64,000 nt of DNA from Longimicrobiales bacterium (lineage in GTDB: Bacteria > Gemmatimonadota > Gemmatimonadetes > Longimicrobiales > Gaopeijiaceae), in NCBI GenBank assembly GCA_965202805.1, contig OZ241869.1, positions 864,001 to 928,000 of the forward strand, written 5' to 3'. The translations under genes and the position numbers were made by a program. Below are positions 20,798 through 30,740 of the stretch, one piece after another. The notes under the pieces were generated by a model that saw only the letters and a list, made by a program, of their open reading frames with translations, was not told the origin of the DNA and did no database searches. Each line of letters starts with the position of its first letter. Within the stretch, counting starts at the first letter, position 1.

Positions 20798-21826
20798 TCA
20801 CAACCCGGCGACCTTTCGCCGCAGCGTTTCCAATAGAGGCACCGGCGTGAGTTCGCCGTCGATGATGGCGGCGAGTTCCTCCTCCCGCTTCCAGTGCGCC
20901 TCGAGGCCGGCCAGCTCGAGTTCCAGCAGCCGCCGCTCGGCATCCTCGCTGGCCGCGATCTCCAGGGCGATGGTGCCCGTGCGCGGCAGACTGCCGAAGC
21001 GCGCGCCCTTCTTGACCAGCACCCGGGAGAGACCGCCGGTGCCCCCGACTTCCTCGATCAGGCGGGTCGCTGAAGCGATCCGTCTCTCGGAAGCTCCCTG
21101 GAAGTGATGGTAGGCGAGGATCCTGCGCAGGGTACGCTCCGCGTCCGGGCCCGCAAGCCGAAGGCCCTCGTCGTCATCCGGGGCCGTCCCGCAAACCGGG
21201 CAGGCGCGGGACACGACCAGAGGCGCGTCGCCCTCCGTGGGACGAATCGTCAACCTGGAGCGTTCGTCGTAGGAAAGCGCCCGCATGACATATCCGCAGC
21301 GCCCGCATTGGCGCCGCCCACGCCACGCCGCCGAGCCGAAGCGCAGCCACCGGGCGCCCCGGGTCGTCCACTGCGGTGCGTGCTCCCAGAGGACCCAGGC
21401 GCCCAGCAGGCCGATGCCCCCGGTCAGCCAGCCACCGATGGCAGCCGCGCCCACGGCCGTGCCCGCGAGCGACACCTGCTTGAAACGCTTGCGGCGGGCG
21501 CGCAACTCGCGCCCATAGCGCCACCAGGCCTCCTCCCGGCGCTCGCAGCGGCCGACGCGAACGATCTCGAGCGGACCGACCGAGAGGAGCGCGATGTTGT
21601 CGGTGCGGGACAGCAGACGCCCCTGGTCGACGGAGAGCTTCTCGAGTTCCTCGAGCGCCTCCCAGCGGTCGAGCAGCGGCACCAGCGACCACCGCTTGCA
21701 GGCGCCGCAGATCATCCAGAGCCGACCCCGATCCGCGTCGAACGCCACGCGTCGCCCGCGCGGCAGATGCTCCAGCGTATCGTTCTCGGGAAAGGGGGCC
21801 TGGCACAGCAGGCAGCGTGTGTACAC
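20798..21826 (-). CDS. Hypothetical membrane protein with four CxxC motifs
   Basis: 342-aa ORF with CLLC, CGAC, CGRC and CPVC, a central hydrophobic segment and a C-terminal helical region. Confidence 0.8.
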   Translation of the reverse strand: MYTRCLLCQAPFPENDTLEHLPRGRRVAFDADRGRLWMICGACKRWSLVPLLDRWEALEELEKLSVDQGRLLSRTDNIALLSVGPLEIVRVGRCERREEAWWRYGRELRARRKRFKQVSLAGTAVGAAAIGGWLTGGIGLLGAWVLWEHAPQWTTRGARWLRFGSAAWRGRRQCGRCGYVMRALSYDERSRLTIRPTEGDAPLVVSRACPVCGTAPDDDEGLRLAGPDAERTLRRILAYHHFQGASERRIASATRLIEEVGGTGGLSRVLVKKGARFGSLPRTGTIALEIAASEDAERRLLELELAGLEAHWKREEELAAIIDGELTPVPLLETLRRKVAGL

Positions 21827-21997
21827 CGGCGCGGCACTCCGGCGGGAGTCGACATGATCCGGGGGCGGGAAGACGGGGCTTGGCGAACGCCCTCAGGCGC
21901 GGCACATTCCCCGCACCTGGAAGGGCCCGGACACGAACTGTGCATCGCGGGCATGCGTCCCGCCACCCGACTTCATCCTACCGAACCTCGGCACCCC

Positions 21998-22579
21998 ATG
22001 ATCCTGGTTCTCGACAACTACGACTCGTTCACCTGGAACCTGGTGCAGATGCTGGAGGCGCTGGGTGGCGAAACCGAGGTGGTGCGCAACGACGCCCGCA
22101 CGGTCCGGGAAATCGAGCGGCAGGCTCCCGAGCGCATCGTCATTTCCCCCGGCCCGTGCACGCCCCGCGAAGCCGGCATCAGCATCGAGCTGGTGCGGGC
22201 CCTCGGTCCGCGGACACCGATCCTGGGCGTCTGCCTGGGGCACCAGGCCATCGGCGAGGCGTTCGGGGGCGCGACCGTGCGGGCGGCGCGCGTGATGCAC
22301 GGCAAGACCGCTCCCATCCGCCACAAGGGGTTCGGGGTCCTGCAGGGACTTCCCTCACCGATGACCGTGGCCCGCTATCACTCGCTGGTCACGGACCCGA
22401 GGGCCCTCCCGCACGAGCTCGAGCCGGTGGCCTGGACCGATCTACCCGGCGAAGAGGACGAAATCCAGGCCATGCGCCATCGGCAGATGCCGGTCTGGGG
22501 GGTTCAGTTCCACCCGGAGTCGTACTTCTCCGACGCGGGCCCGCGCCTGCTCGAGAACTTCCTGCGCCTTCCGGTTTAG
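21998..22579 (+). CDS. Anthranilate/aminodeoxychorismate synthase glutaminase subunit (TrpG/PabA)
   Basis: LDNYDSFT, ISPGPC, GVCLGHQ, RYHSL and QFHPES motifs. Confidence 0.93.
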   Translation: MILVLDNYDSFTWNLVQMLEALGGETEVVRNDARTVREIERQAPERIVISPGPCTPREAGISIELVRALGPRTPILGVCLGHQAIGEAFGGATVRAARVMHGKTAPIRHKGFGVLQGLPSPMTVARYHSLVTDPRALPHELEPVAWTDLPGEEDEIQAMRHRQMPVWGVQFHPESYFSDAGPRLLENFLRLPV

Positions 22580-22605
22580 CTAATCGAGCTAATCCAGCTG
22601 AGCTA
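22577..22605. repeat. AGCT-rich micro-repeat between convergent stop codons
   Basis: TAGCTAATCGAGCTAATCCAGCTGAGCTA; AGCT at 22578, 22587, 22596 and 22601. Confidence 0.6.
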
Positions 22606-25600
22606 CGAGATGATCGGCGGCAGCCCCCGTTCCGCCAGAAGGCGGTTGAAGTCGGTGATGTCGTCCGCGGCCAGCTCCGCCCAGCGTCTCAGGTACTCCT
22701 CAAGCTGCACCCGGTAGATCCCTCCGACCTCGCTCATCGACTCCGTCGGCGGATCGTCCGAGCCGGCGGAGTACCCCGCGAGGCTCGCGATCTTCGCCCA
22801 TAGCCGCCGGGGCCAGCGGATGGTGTCCTGGCGGGCCGAGCCGCCGGTCAGCCTCAGGTCGAAGAGCTCCATTTCGAGCTCGATGAGGGCCAGCGCGAGT
22901 TCCTCTCCCACTTCCGCGATTTCGGCGTAAAGCGGGTTCCCGCGCACCCGCTCCTCCAGGTCGGCCAGGCCCCTGCGGGTCCACTCGATGCGGTTGATGA
23001 GCTCGGCGGTCGAATCGCTCATTTCGCGCAATTCCAGTTGCAGGGCCAGTTGCGCGCGCATGTCCTCGGAGGAAGCCGTGGAAGCCGGATCCTGCAGGAT
23101 CTCGAGTTCGGCGGTGCGCTCCTCGGTGCCCGCCGAGAGCCGCACCCGGTAGCGCCCGGGGATGGCCAGGGGGCGAACCGGGCCGCCGTCCGGTGGAGGC
23201 CGCCACCCCTCCTGGCCCACGCCCCGGTGCGAGTGCTCGAGCGGCGGGGTGCGGAGTCGCGGGGTTGCCGAGGCCGTGTAGCGCAGATCCCACATCACCC
23301 GGTTCATTCCGGGACCGAAGTTGCCGGACAGGGTGCGGACCGGCGTGCCGTCCATCGTCTCGATATCCACCGTGACGGGTCCGGCCAGATCCTCCCCCAG
23401 GTGGAAGTTGATGGAGGCACCGTAGTCGGGGTTCTCGCCCGCGGCCGGGTCGTCGGGCTGGGCGTTGCGCGCCTCGCGCGGCAGGAAGCGCCAGGCGGCA
23501 CGGGGCTCGAACAGGTGCACGCCGTCCGCAATCCTCTCCGCGCTCAGCTGCTGCAGCGGGGTGATGTCGTCCAGGATCCAGAAGCCGCGCCCGTAGGTGC
23601 CCACCACCAGGTCGTTGAAGCGGGGCTGGATCTCCAGCCAGTGGACCGGCGCATGAGGCAGATCGCCCTGCAGGGACGTCCAGGTCACCCCGTCGTCGAA
23701 GGAGACGTAGAGTGAGTTCTCGGTGCCGAGGTAGAGGAGTCCGGGGCGCACCGGGTCCTCGCGCACGACGTGGGCGTAGCTGAACACGCTGCGCGGGATG
23801 TCGTCGGCGAGCGAGCGCCAGGACGCGCCGTAGTCCTCCGTCTTGTAGACGAATGGATCGGTGCCGCCCAGCTGATGGAAATCGACGGTGATGTACGCCG
23901 CCGCCGGATTGTAGCGGGAGGGTTCGATGTTGCTCACCGTGCCCCACTCGGGGAGCCCGGAGATGTTGCCGGCCACCTCGGTCCAGTTCTCGCCGCCGTC
24001 GCGCGTCACGTGCACCAGGCCGTCGTTGGAGCCCGCCCAGATGGTGCCGGGCTCGATGGGAGACTCGGCGAGGGCGAAGAGCACGGAGGCGTAGGTGGGG
24101 CTCACGTCCTCGGTGGTGAGCCCGCCCGTCTTCTGCATTCTGGCGGTGTCGGCGAGCGTCAGGTCCGGGCTGATCACGCTCCAGCTGTGGCCGCCGTCGG
24201 TGGTCCGGTGCACATGCTGGCTGCCGGCGTAGACCACGTTGTTGTCGTGCGGCGAGATGTGGACCGGGAAGGTCCACTGGAAGCGGTAGCGGACGTCGGC
24301 GGCGGCCCAGCCCTCGGGGTTGTCGGGCCAGACGCTCACCGTGCGGGTGATGCCGGTGGAGAGCTGGTGGCGTTCGAGGATGCCCTCGTAGCACCCCGAC
24401 CAGATGACGTCGTTGGTCACCGTGTCCGGGATGGCGAACCCCGTCTCGCAGCCGCCCACCGACCGCCACGCCCCCACCGGGATCGCGCCCCCCGTCAGCG
24501 TGTTGGACGGCCCGCCGATGGAGGGCCCGTCCTGGCGGTTGCCGTACAGGTTGTAGGGAACCTGCGTATCGACATGCACGTGGTACATCTGCGCGATGGG
24601 CAGGAGCGGCCGGTACCAGTTGCGCCCCCGGTTGGTGGAGATGCGCACCCCCTGGTCGTTGCCGATGATCATGCGGCTCGGGTCGAGCGGGTCGATCCAC
24701 ATGTCGTGGTTGTCGCCTCCGGAGATCACCTCGAAGGACACGCCCCCGTCCAGCGAGCGCGTGTGCACCGTGGACATGAAGTGCACCTCGTCGGCGTCGT
24801 CGGGCGCGACCGCCATGCGGGAGTAGTAGAGCGGACGCTGCGCCAGCGCGTGATCGGCGTTGACCATCGTCCAGGAGCGCCCGCCGTCGTCGGACCGCCA
24901 AAGCGTGCCCTCGTGCTCCTCCAACTCCTCGTACTCCCGGTTGGAGTTGGTCTCGATGAGCGCGTAGATGCGGTCCGGGTCCGCCGCGGTCATGGCGAGG
25001 CCGATCCGGCCCATGGTGCCGCGGGGCAGCCCGGCGCCCTCCAGCCGGGTCCAGCTGTCACCGCCGTCGCGGCTGGTCCAGAGCCCGCTCTCCGGGCCTC
25101 CGCTCTCGCGCCCCCAGGTCCAGATCTGCATCTGCCAGGTGGCGGCGAAGAGGATGCGCGGGTTGGTGGGGTCCATGACCACGTCGATCGCCCCGGAGTT
25201 CTCGCCTGAGAAGAGCACCCGCTCCCAGTTATCCCCGCCGTCGACGGTGCGGAAGAGCCCGCGCTCCTGCTGGGGGCCGTAGAGGTGGCCCGCCGCGGCG
25301 ACGTACACGACATCGGGGTCCGCGGGGTGAACCACGATGCGTCCGATCCTACCGGTCTCGTCGAGCCCCATGTGCCGCCAGCTGCGGCCCGCGTCGGTCG
25401 AGCGGTACACGCCGTTGCCGATGGAGACGTTGGAGCGGATGAAGGACTCGCCCGTCCCCGCCCACACCACGTTGGCGTCGGAGGGCGCGATCGCCAGCGC
25501 CCCGATCGACTGGGCCGGCTGGTCGTCGAAGATGGGCCGCCAGGTGTGCCCGCCGTCCTCGCTCTTGAAGACGCCCCCCGACGCGGCCCCCAGGTAGTAG

Positions 25601-25830
25601 ACATTGCGGTTCCCGGGCTCGCCCACCACCGCGCTGACCCGGTTGCCTACCGGACCCACGTGACGGTAGTCGGCGTCGGCGAAGAAGTCGTCCGGCAGCT
25701 CACCGGGAGCGGCCAACTGGGCGCCGAGCCCGCCGGCCGCGAAGACGGCTGCCAGAAGAGGCAGTATGAACGCGCGGGTGAATGCGATGAACGCGCGGGT
25801 GAATGCCCGGATGGGGTGCCTGACAGCCAT
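22603..25830 (-). CDS. Secreted VPS10/sortilin-like BNR (Asp-box) repeat beta-propeller protein
   Basis: Signal peptide; many S.DGG.TW Asp-boxes; GTYGRG.WILDD motif; C-terminal helical region. Confidence 0.88.
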   Translation of the reverse strand: MAVRHPIRAFTRAFIAFTRAFILPLLAAVFAAGGLGAQLAAPGELPDDFFADADYRHVGPVGNRVSAVVGEPGNRNVYYLGAASGGVFKSEDGGHTWRPIFDDQPAQSIGALAIAPSDANVVWAGTGESFIRSNVSIGNGVYRSTDAGRSWRHMGLDETGRIGRIVVHPADPDVVYVAAAGHLYGPQQERGLFRTVDGGDNWERVLFSGENSGAIDVVMDPTNPRILFAATWQMQIWTWGRESGGPESGLWTSRDGGDSWTRLEGAGLPRGTMGRIGLAMTAADPDRIYALIETNSNREYEELEEHEGTLWRSDDGGRSWTMVNADHALAQRPLYYSRMAVAPDDADEVHFMSTVHTRSLDGGVSFEVISGGDNHDMWIDPLDPSRMIIGNDQGVRISTNRGRNWYRPLLPIAQMYHVHVDTQVPYNLYGNRQDGPSIGGPSNTLTGGAIPVGAWRSVGGCETGFAIPDTVTNDVIWSGCYEGILERHQLSTGITRTVSVWPDNPEGWAAADVRYRFQWTFPVHISPHDNNVVYAGSQHVHRTTDGGHSWSVISPDLTLADTARMQKTGGLTTEDVSPTYASVLFALAESPIEPGTIWAGSNDGLVHVTRDGGENWTEVAGNISGLPEWGTVSNIEPSRYNPAAAYITVDFHQLGGTDPFVYKTEDYGASWRSLADDIPRSVFSYAHVVREDPVRPGLLYLGTENSLYVSFDDGVTWTSLQGDLPHAPVHWLEIQPRFNDLVVGTYGRGFWILDDITPLQQLSAERIADGVHLFEPRAAWRFLPREARNAQPDDPAAGENPDYGASINFHLGEDLAGPVTVDIETMDGTPVRTLSGNFGPGMNRVMWDLRYTASATPRLRTPPLEHSHRGVGQEGWRPPPDGGPVRPLAIPGRYRVRLSAGTEERTAELEILQDPASTASSEDMRAQLALQLELREMSDSTAELINRIEWTRRGLADLEERVRGNPLYAEIAEVGEELALALIELEMELFDLRLTGGSARQDTIRWPRRLWAKIASLAGYSAGSDDPPTESMSEVGGIYRVQLEEYLRRWAELAADDITDFNRLLAERGLPPIIS
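25766..25806. repeat. 21-bp tandem duplication in the signal-peptide region
   Basis: ATGAACGCGCGGGTGAATGC at 25766 and 25787, encoding AFTRAFI twice on the - strand. Confidence 0.85.
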
Positions 25831-25927
25831 GGAATCCTCCGCAAGGGCGCTACCGAAGAAGGGGACGCCACAAAGGTAGGTCGGGGGCTGCATCGGGCAA
25901 TGCGCCCGGGTGGGCGATGGCCAAGCG

Positions 25928-25956
25928 TTGATTTTTCAACAACTACGGCGCAAACT
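25928..25956 (+). promoter_or_regulatory. Possible sigma70 promoter of the propeller lipoprotein gene
   Basis: TTGATT-17-CAAACT in a locally AT-rich intergenic stretch. Confidence 0.3.
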
Positions 25957-26028
25957 CTTCTACCCTGCGTGGTGTCAGACTTGTGGCAGCACGCAGAAAC
26001 CTCGAAACGCCCTTCGAGCGAGGACGCC

Positions 26029-27246
26029 ATGGCTACGCTTCCACCCGGCGCTGACGTCTTGCCGGATCCCGCGCACGCTCACCGCCGTCCATCGGCGGTC
26101 CGGCTGACGGTCGGCCTCTTGGCCACCGCCGTCCTGACTGCATGCGCGGGCGATTCATCCGACGGCAGACGCACGGGGGAAGCCGAGGTCTTGCTCGGTC
26201 CGCGGCCGTGGGCCACGCCCGAATCGTGGTGGGAGGTCACCCTGGAAGCGGCCTCCGCGCCTGATCTCTTACTTACCGCCATTGATGACGTCGAGGTTGA
26301 TTCCCGGGGCCGCGTTTTCCTGGTCGATCGGCCGCAGGGCGGCATCACCGTCCTGACCCCCGAGCTGGAATTGCTCTCAACCGTGGGTCGAGAGGGGGAG
26401 GGTCCGGGTGAATTCGAGTTCAGGCGAGTGCAGATCCTTCCGGGCGACACCCTGCTCGTTTACGACTTCGGCCTGGGGCGGATCACGCTCTTCGATCCGG
26501 AGAACTTCGAGGTGATCACAACCAGGCCTCCTCCGAATATCGAGCGAGGCGCCGTCACGAATCTGTGGAAGCTGCCGGGGCAGGGGCGCTTCTTCGCGCT
26601 GGACCGGCCTCCCTTCGTCGCCGGGGCGGGGGAGGCCGCCGACCGGGGCCGGACGGAGGTTCTGCTGGCGTTCGACGAGTCCGCCGAGGTGATCGCCGAC
26701 ACGCTCGCGACCGTGCCCGGCAGCGAGCGCCTGGTGGTGCGGCGAGAGGGGTTCCTGAGCGTCGGCTCCCATCCGTTCGGGCGCAGATCGCTCGTCGGCC
26801 TGCTCGGCGATGACCGAATCGCGTATGCGAACTCGGGCGCGCTCCATGTCACCGTCGTCGACTTCGAAGGAACCACGGTTCACTCCTTCTCCCATTCGTT
26901 GCCCCCGATCCCGGTGACCTCTGCGGAGTTGCGGGCCGAAGTCGAAGAAATGCGCGAGTTGATGGCAGATGAGCTCCGCGCGGGCGCCCCCTACACCTGG
27001 CCCGCTCTCACCGGACTCGTAACCGACGATGAGGAGCGCATCTGGATCGGCATCCGGGGCCCCAGCGACAGCGCCGGGTGGGGATGGGCCGCGTTCGCCC
27101 CGGACGGCACCCACGCCGGATCCGTCCTGCTTCCGGCGGGACATCTTCTTCAGGTCGTGAGGGACAGCAGGATCTACGTGCTCTCCCGCGACGAATTCGA
27201 TGTGCCTTCGATCCAGGCCTATCGCCTGGAAGCTCCAGAGATCTGA
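26029..27246 (+). CDS. 6-bladed beta-propeller (NHL/TolB-like) lipoprotein
   Basis: Lipobox LTAC; DV.VDSRGRVFLVD and GREGEGPGEF motifs; GAGG RBS. Confidence 0.8.
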   Translation: MATLPPGADVLPDPAHAHRRPSAVRLTVGLLATAVLTACAGDSSDGRRTGEAEVLLGPRPWATPESWWEVTLEAASAPDLLLTAIDDVEVDSRGRVFLVDRPQGGITVLTPELELLSTVGREGEGPGEFEFRRVQILPGDTLLVYDFGLGRITLFDPENFEVITTRPPPNIERGAVTNLWKLPGQGRFFALDRPPFVAGAGEAADRGRTEVLLAFDESAEVIADTLATVPGSERLVVRREGFLSVGSHPFGRRSLVGLLGDDRIAYANSGALHVTVVDFEGTTVHSFSHSLPPIPVTSAELRAEVEEMRELMADELRAGAPYTWPALTGLVTDDEERIWIGIRGPSDSAGWGWAAFAPDGTHAGSVLLPAGHLLQVVRDSRIYVLSRDEFDVPSIQAYRLEAPEI

Positions 27247-27268
27247 TTCCCGGCCCCGGTGGGGAATC
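27245..27268 (+). terminator. Possible hairpin after the propeller gene
   Basis: GATTCCC-N10-GGGAATC inverted repeat; no U-tract. Confidence 0.3.
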
Positions 27269-27471
27269 CTCAAGGAAATCACCAGTAGATTACAGTAGAT
27301 GTCACCAGCGCATCGGTACGCCGACTCGCGGGCGTCGCTCTTCTGGAGTTATCCGGCCCCGCGCGCTATCTTGCTTCCTGTTGGCGGAGGGACCGGGCGT
27401 TGAACGAACGACGTCCGGCGGACCGGATGGAACCGGCGTGAATCGGGAGGCCGTCTCTTCAGCATGACCGA

Positions 27472-28269
27472 GTGCGCATGAAAGCTCGCGTCCTGGGTAT
27501 CGTTCCCGCCCGGCTCGCCTCCACACGACTCCCCAACAAACCCCTCTTCCCCATCCTCGGCCGCCCGCTCATCGAGTGGGTCTGGCGCAGGGTCAGGTCC
27601 ATGCCGGTGCTCGACCACGCGGTCGTGGCGACCGACTCCGACCGGGTGGCGCGCGTGTGTCGCGAGCTGGGCGCCCCGGTGGAAATGACCTCGGCCGACC
27701 ATCCCTCCGGCACCGACCGCATCGCCGAGGTGGCCGGGCGCAGGCCCTACCGCGACTACCCGGTGATCGCAAACATCCAGGGGGACGAGCCGCTGCTCGA
27801 GGAACGCCACCTGGCGGCGGCCGTCGAGCTCGTGCGCGACGGGCGATGGGAGATCGGCACCTGCGCGACCCCGGTGGAGCGCCTGGAAGCGTGGAAGGAT
27901 CCCTCCGTGGTCAAGGTGGCGCGCGCCGCCACGGGCCGGGCGCTCTACTTCTCGCGCGCCGCGATCCCCTACAAGCGCGCGGCGAAGCCGGATGCGGGCG
28001 ACCTGCTGCGCGAGCCCTATCTGCGACATATCGGCATCTACGCCTGCGCGCGCGACGCCCTCGAGCGGTGGGTGGCGATGGCCCCGACCGCGCTCGAGCG
28101 CCTCGAGAAGCTCGAACAGCTGCGCCCGCTCGAGTCCGGCATCCGCATCGGCGTGGCGGTGGTCGGGTTCGCCCACCCCGGCGTCGACACGCCGACCGAC
28201 GTGCTCTACACCGAACGGAGACTACGGGAGATGGAACAGCAATCATCCAGCCTGGTGAGCGGAACATGA
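27472..28269 (+). CDS. kdsB: 3-deoxy-manno-octulosonate cytidylyltransferase
   Basis: [32 protein letters not shown] and HIGIY motifs. Start may be ATG 27478. Confidence 0.95.
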   Translation: MRMKARVLGIVPARLASTRLPNKPLFPILGRPLIEWVWRRVRSMPVLDHAVVATDSDRVARVCRELGAPVEMTSADHPSGTDRIAEVAGRRPYRDYPVIANIQGDEPLLEERHLAAAVELVRDGRWEIGTCATPVERLEAWKDPSVVKVARAATGRALYFSRAAIPYKRAAKPDAGDLLREPYLRHIGIYACARDALERWVAMAPTALERLEKLEQLRPLESGIRIGVAVVGFAHPGVDTPTDVLYTERRLREMEQQSSSLVSGT

Positions 28270-29945
28270 GCGAGAATCACGCGGACCGGACACGCTACGT
28301 CTTCGTCACCGGGGGTGTGGTGTCCTCGCTGGGGAAGGGCATCGCCGCCGCTTCCCTCGGACACATCCTGAAGGCCCGGGGGTTCAGGGTCACCATTCAG
28401 AAATTCGACCCCTACATCAACGTCGATCCGGGCACGCTCTCGCCCTTCCAGCACGGTGAAGTCTTCGTGACCGACGACGGCGCGGAGACCGACCTGGACC
28501 TGGGCCACTACGAGCGCTTCATCGACGAGTCGCTGTCGCAGGCCAACAACGTCACCACGGGCGGCATCTACCAGTCCGTGATCAACAAGGAACGCAAGGG
28601 CGACTACCTGGGCTCGACCGTGCAGGTCATCCCGCACATCACCGACGAGATCAAGGACGCCATCCGCCGCCTGGCGCCCGAGAACGACGTCATCATCACC
28701 GAAATCGGGGGGACGGTGGGCGACATCGAGAGCCTGCCCTTCCTGGAGGCCATCCGGCAGTTCCGCCTGGAGATGGGACGCCCGTACGTCGCGGTGATCC
28801 ACCTCACCCTGGTGCCCTACCTGGCGGCGGCCGGAGAGCTCAAGACCAAACCGACCCAGCACTCGGTGCGGGAGCTCATGCAGATCGGTATTCCCCCGGA
28901 CATCGTGATGTGCCGCAGCGAGCGGTCGCTGGACGAAGGCACCCGACGCAAGATCGCGCTCTTCACCAACGTCCATCCGGACGCGGTGGTGGAGGCCCTG
29001 GACCAGGAGACGATCTACGAGGTCCCCCTCGAGCTGCACCGGCAGGGTCTGGACGAGGTGGTTCTGGAGCGGCTCGAGCTCCAGGCCCCCACGACCGACC
29101 TCAAGCGGTGGAGGGATGTGGTGGAGCGCATCAAGCGGCCCTCCCGCGGCAAGATCCGCATCGCCATCGTAGGCAAGTACACCGAGCTGGTGGACTCCTA
29201 CAAGTCGATCGAACAGGCGCTCATCCACGGCGGCGTCGAACACGACGTGGGCGTGGAGCTGGACTGGATCTCCAGCGAACGCTACGAGGGCGACCACGAC
29301 CCCGCGGAACTGGAGGACTACGACGGGCTCCTGGTCCCCGGCGGCTTCGGAGAGCGGGGCGTTCAGGGGATGCTCAACGCCATCGGCTGGGCGCGTGAGA
29401 GCGGACTGCCGTTCTTCGGCATCTGCCTCGGGCTCCAGTGCGCGGTCATCGAGTTCTCCCGCACCGTCTGCGGGCTCGAGGACGCCAACTCCTTTGAGTT
29501 CGACCGGGCAACGCCCCATCCGGTCATCTGCCTGATGGACTCGCAGGCCAACGTCACCCGCAAGGGCGGAACCATGCGGCTGGGGCACTGGCCCTGCCGG
29601 CTGCTCCCCGGCTCTCACGCGGAGCGGATCTACGGCCGCGCGCTCGTCCAGGAACGGCACCGGCACCGCTACGAGGTGAACAACGCCTACCGGGATCTCC
29701 TCTCCAGGGAAGGGCTGGCGTTCACCGGGCTCTCGCCCGACCGCACCCTGGTCGAGATGATCGAGCTTCCCGGGCACCCCTGGTTCGTCGGCTGCCAGTT
29801 CCACCCGGAGTTCCTGAGCCGCCCGACGCACGCCCATCCGCTCTTCGCCTCGTTCGTCGAGGCGGCCATCCGTCACGCGGGCATCGCCCCCGTGTCCGGG
29901 CGTAGCGTGTCCGGGAGCACGGTGACCGGGAGCGTGGCGCGCTGA
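28266..29945 (+). CDS. pyrG: CTP synthase
   Basis: [36 protein letters not shown] and QFHPEF motifs. Confidence 0.98.
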   Translation: MSENHADRTRYVFVTGGVVSSLGKGIAAASLGHILKARGFRVTIQKFDPYINVDPGTLSPFQHGEVFVTDDGAETDLDLGHYERFIDESLSQANNVTTGGIYQSVINKERKGDYLGSTVQVIPHITDEIKDAIRRLAPENDVIITEIGGTVGDIESLPFLEAIRQFRLEMGRPYVAVIHLTLVPYLAAAGELKTKPTQHSVRELMQIGIPPDIVMCRSERSLDEGTRRKIALFTNVHPDAVVEALDQETIYEVPLELHRQGLDEVVLERLELQAPTTDLKRWRDVVERIKRPSRGKIRIAIVGKYTELVDSYKSIEQALIHGGVEHDVGVELDWISSERYEGDHDPAELEDYDGLLVPGGFGERGVQGMLNAIGWARESGLPFFGICLGLQCAVIEFSRTVCGLEDANSFEFDRATPHPVICLMDSQANVTRKGGTMRLGHWPCRLLPGSHAERIYGRALVQERHRHRYEVNNAYRDLLSREGLAFTGLSPDRTLVEMIELPGHPWFVGCQFHPEFLSRPTHAHPLFASFVEAAIRHAGIAPVSGRSVSGSTVTGSVAR

Positions 29946-29957
29946 AGGACGCCAGCG

Positions 29958-30740
29958 GTGTTTGAGAACTTCTTCCTCATCGCCGGCCCCTGCGTGCTCG
30001 AAGGCGACGACGTGAACCTCAGGGTGGGGGAGGAGCTGGCATCCCTCTCCGCCCGGCATCGGCTGCCGGTGCTCTTCAAGTCCTCCTTCGACAAGGCCAA
30101 CCGCTCCAAGCTGGCTTCGGCGCGGGGACCGGGGCTGGAGGAGGGCCTGCGGGCGCTGGAGCGGGTCAGGGCAGGCTGCGGCCTCCCGGTGCTCACCGAC
30201 ATTCATGAACCGGGACAGGCGGCGCCGGCCGCGGAAGTCGCCGATGTGCTTCAGATCCCGGCCTTCCTCTGCCGGCAGACGGACCTGCTGACCGCCGCCG
30301 GGCACACCGGCTCGGCGATCAACATCAAGAAGGGGCAGTGGATGTCTCCCGAGCAGATGGCGCACGCCGTGCACAAGGCGCGCGCCGCGGGGGCCGGGGA
30401 GGTCGCCGTCACCGAGCGGGGCACCTTCTTCGGCTACGGCGACCAGATCGTGGACATGCGCTCCTTCGCCCGGGTGCGAAGCGCCTGCGGCGCCCCGGTC
30501 GTATTCGACGGCACCCACTCCGTGCAGCGCCAGGGACGCGCCGGCGGGAGCACGGGGGGCAACCCCGAGTTCATCGCGTGCCTGGTGCGGGCGGCCGTCG
30601 CCGCCGGCTGCGACGGGCTCTTCCTCGAGGTGCATCCGGCTCCCGCCACCGCTCCGTCGGACTCCTCGAACATGCTCGACCTCGAGGCGCTTGCTCCCCT
30701 CGTGGAAGACGTGCTCGCCATCCGCCGGGCCCTCTCATGA
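29958..30740 (+). CDS. kdsA: KDO-8-phosphate synthase
   Basis: IAGPCV, KSSFDKANRS, QIPAFLCRQTDLL and FDGTHSVQ motifs. Confidence 0.96.
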   Translation: MFENFFLIAGPCVLEGDDVNLRVGEELASLSARHRLPVLFKSSFDKANRSKLASARGPGLEEGLRALERVRAGCGLPVLTDIHEPGQAAPAAEVADVLQIPAFLCRQTDLLTAAGHTGSAINIKKGQWMSPEQMAHAVHKARAAGAGEVAVTERGTFFGYGDQIVDMRSFARVRSACGAPVVFDGTHSVQRQGRAGGSTGGNPEFIACLVRAAVAAGCDGLFLEVHPAPATAPSDSSNMLDLEALAPLVEDVLAIRRALS

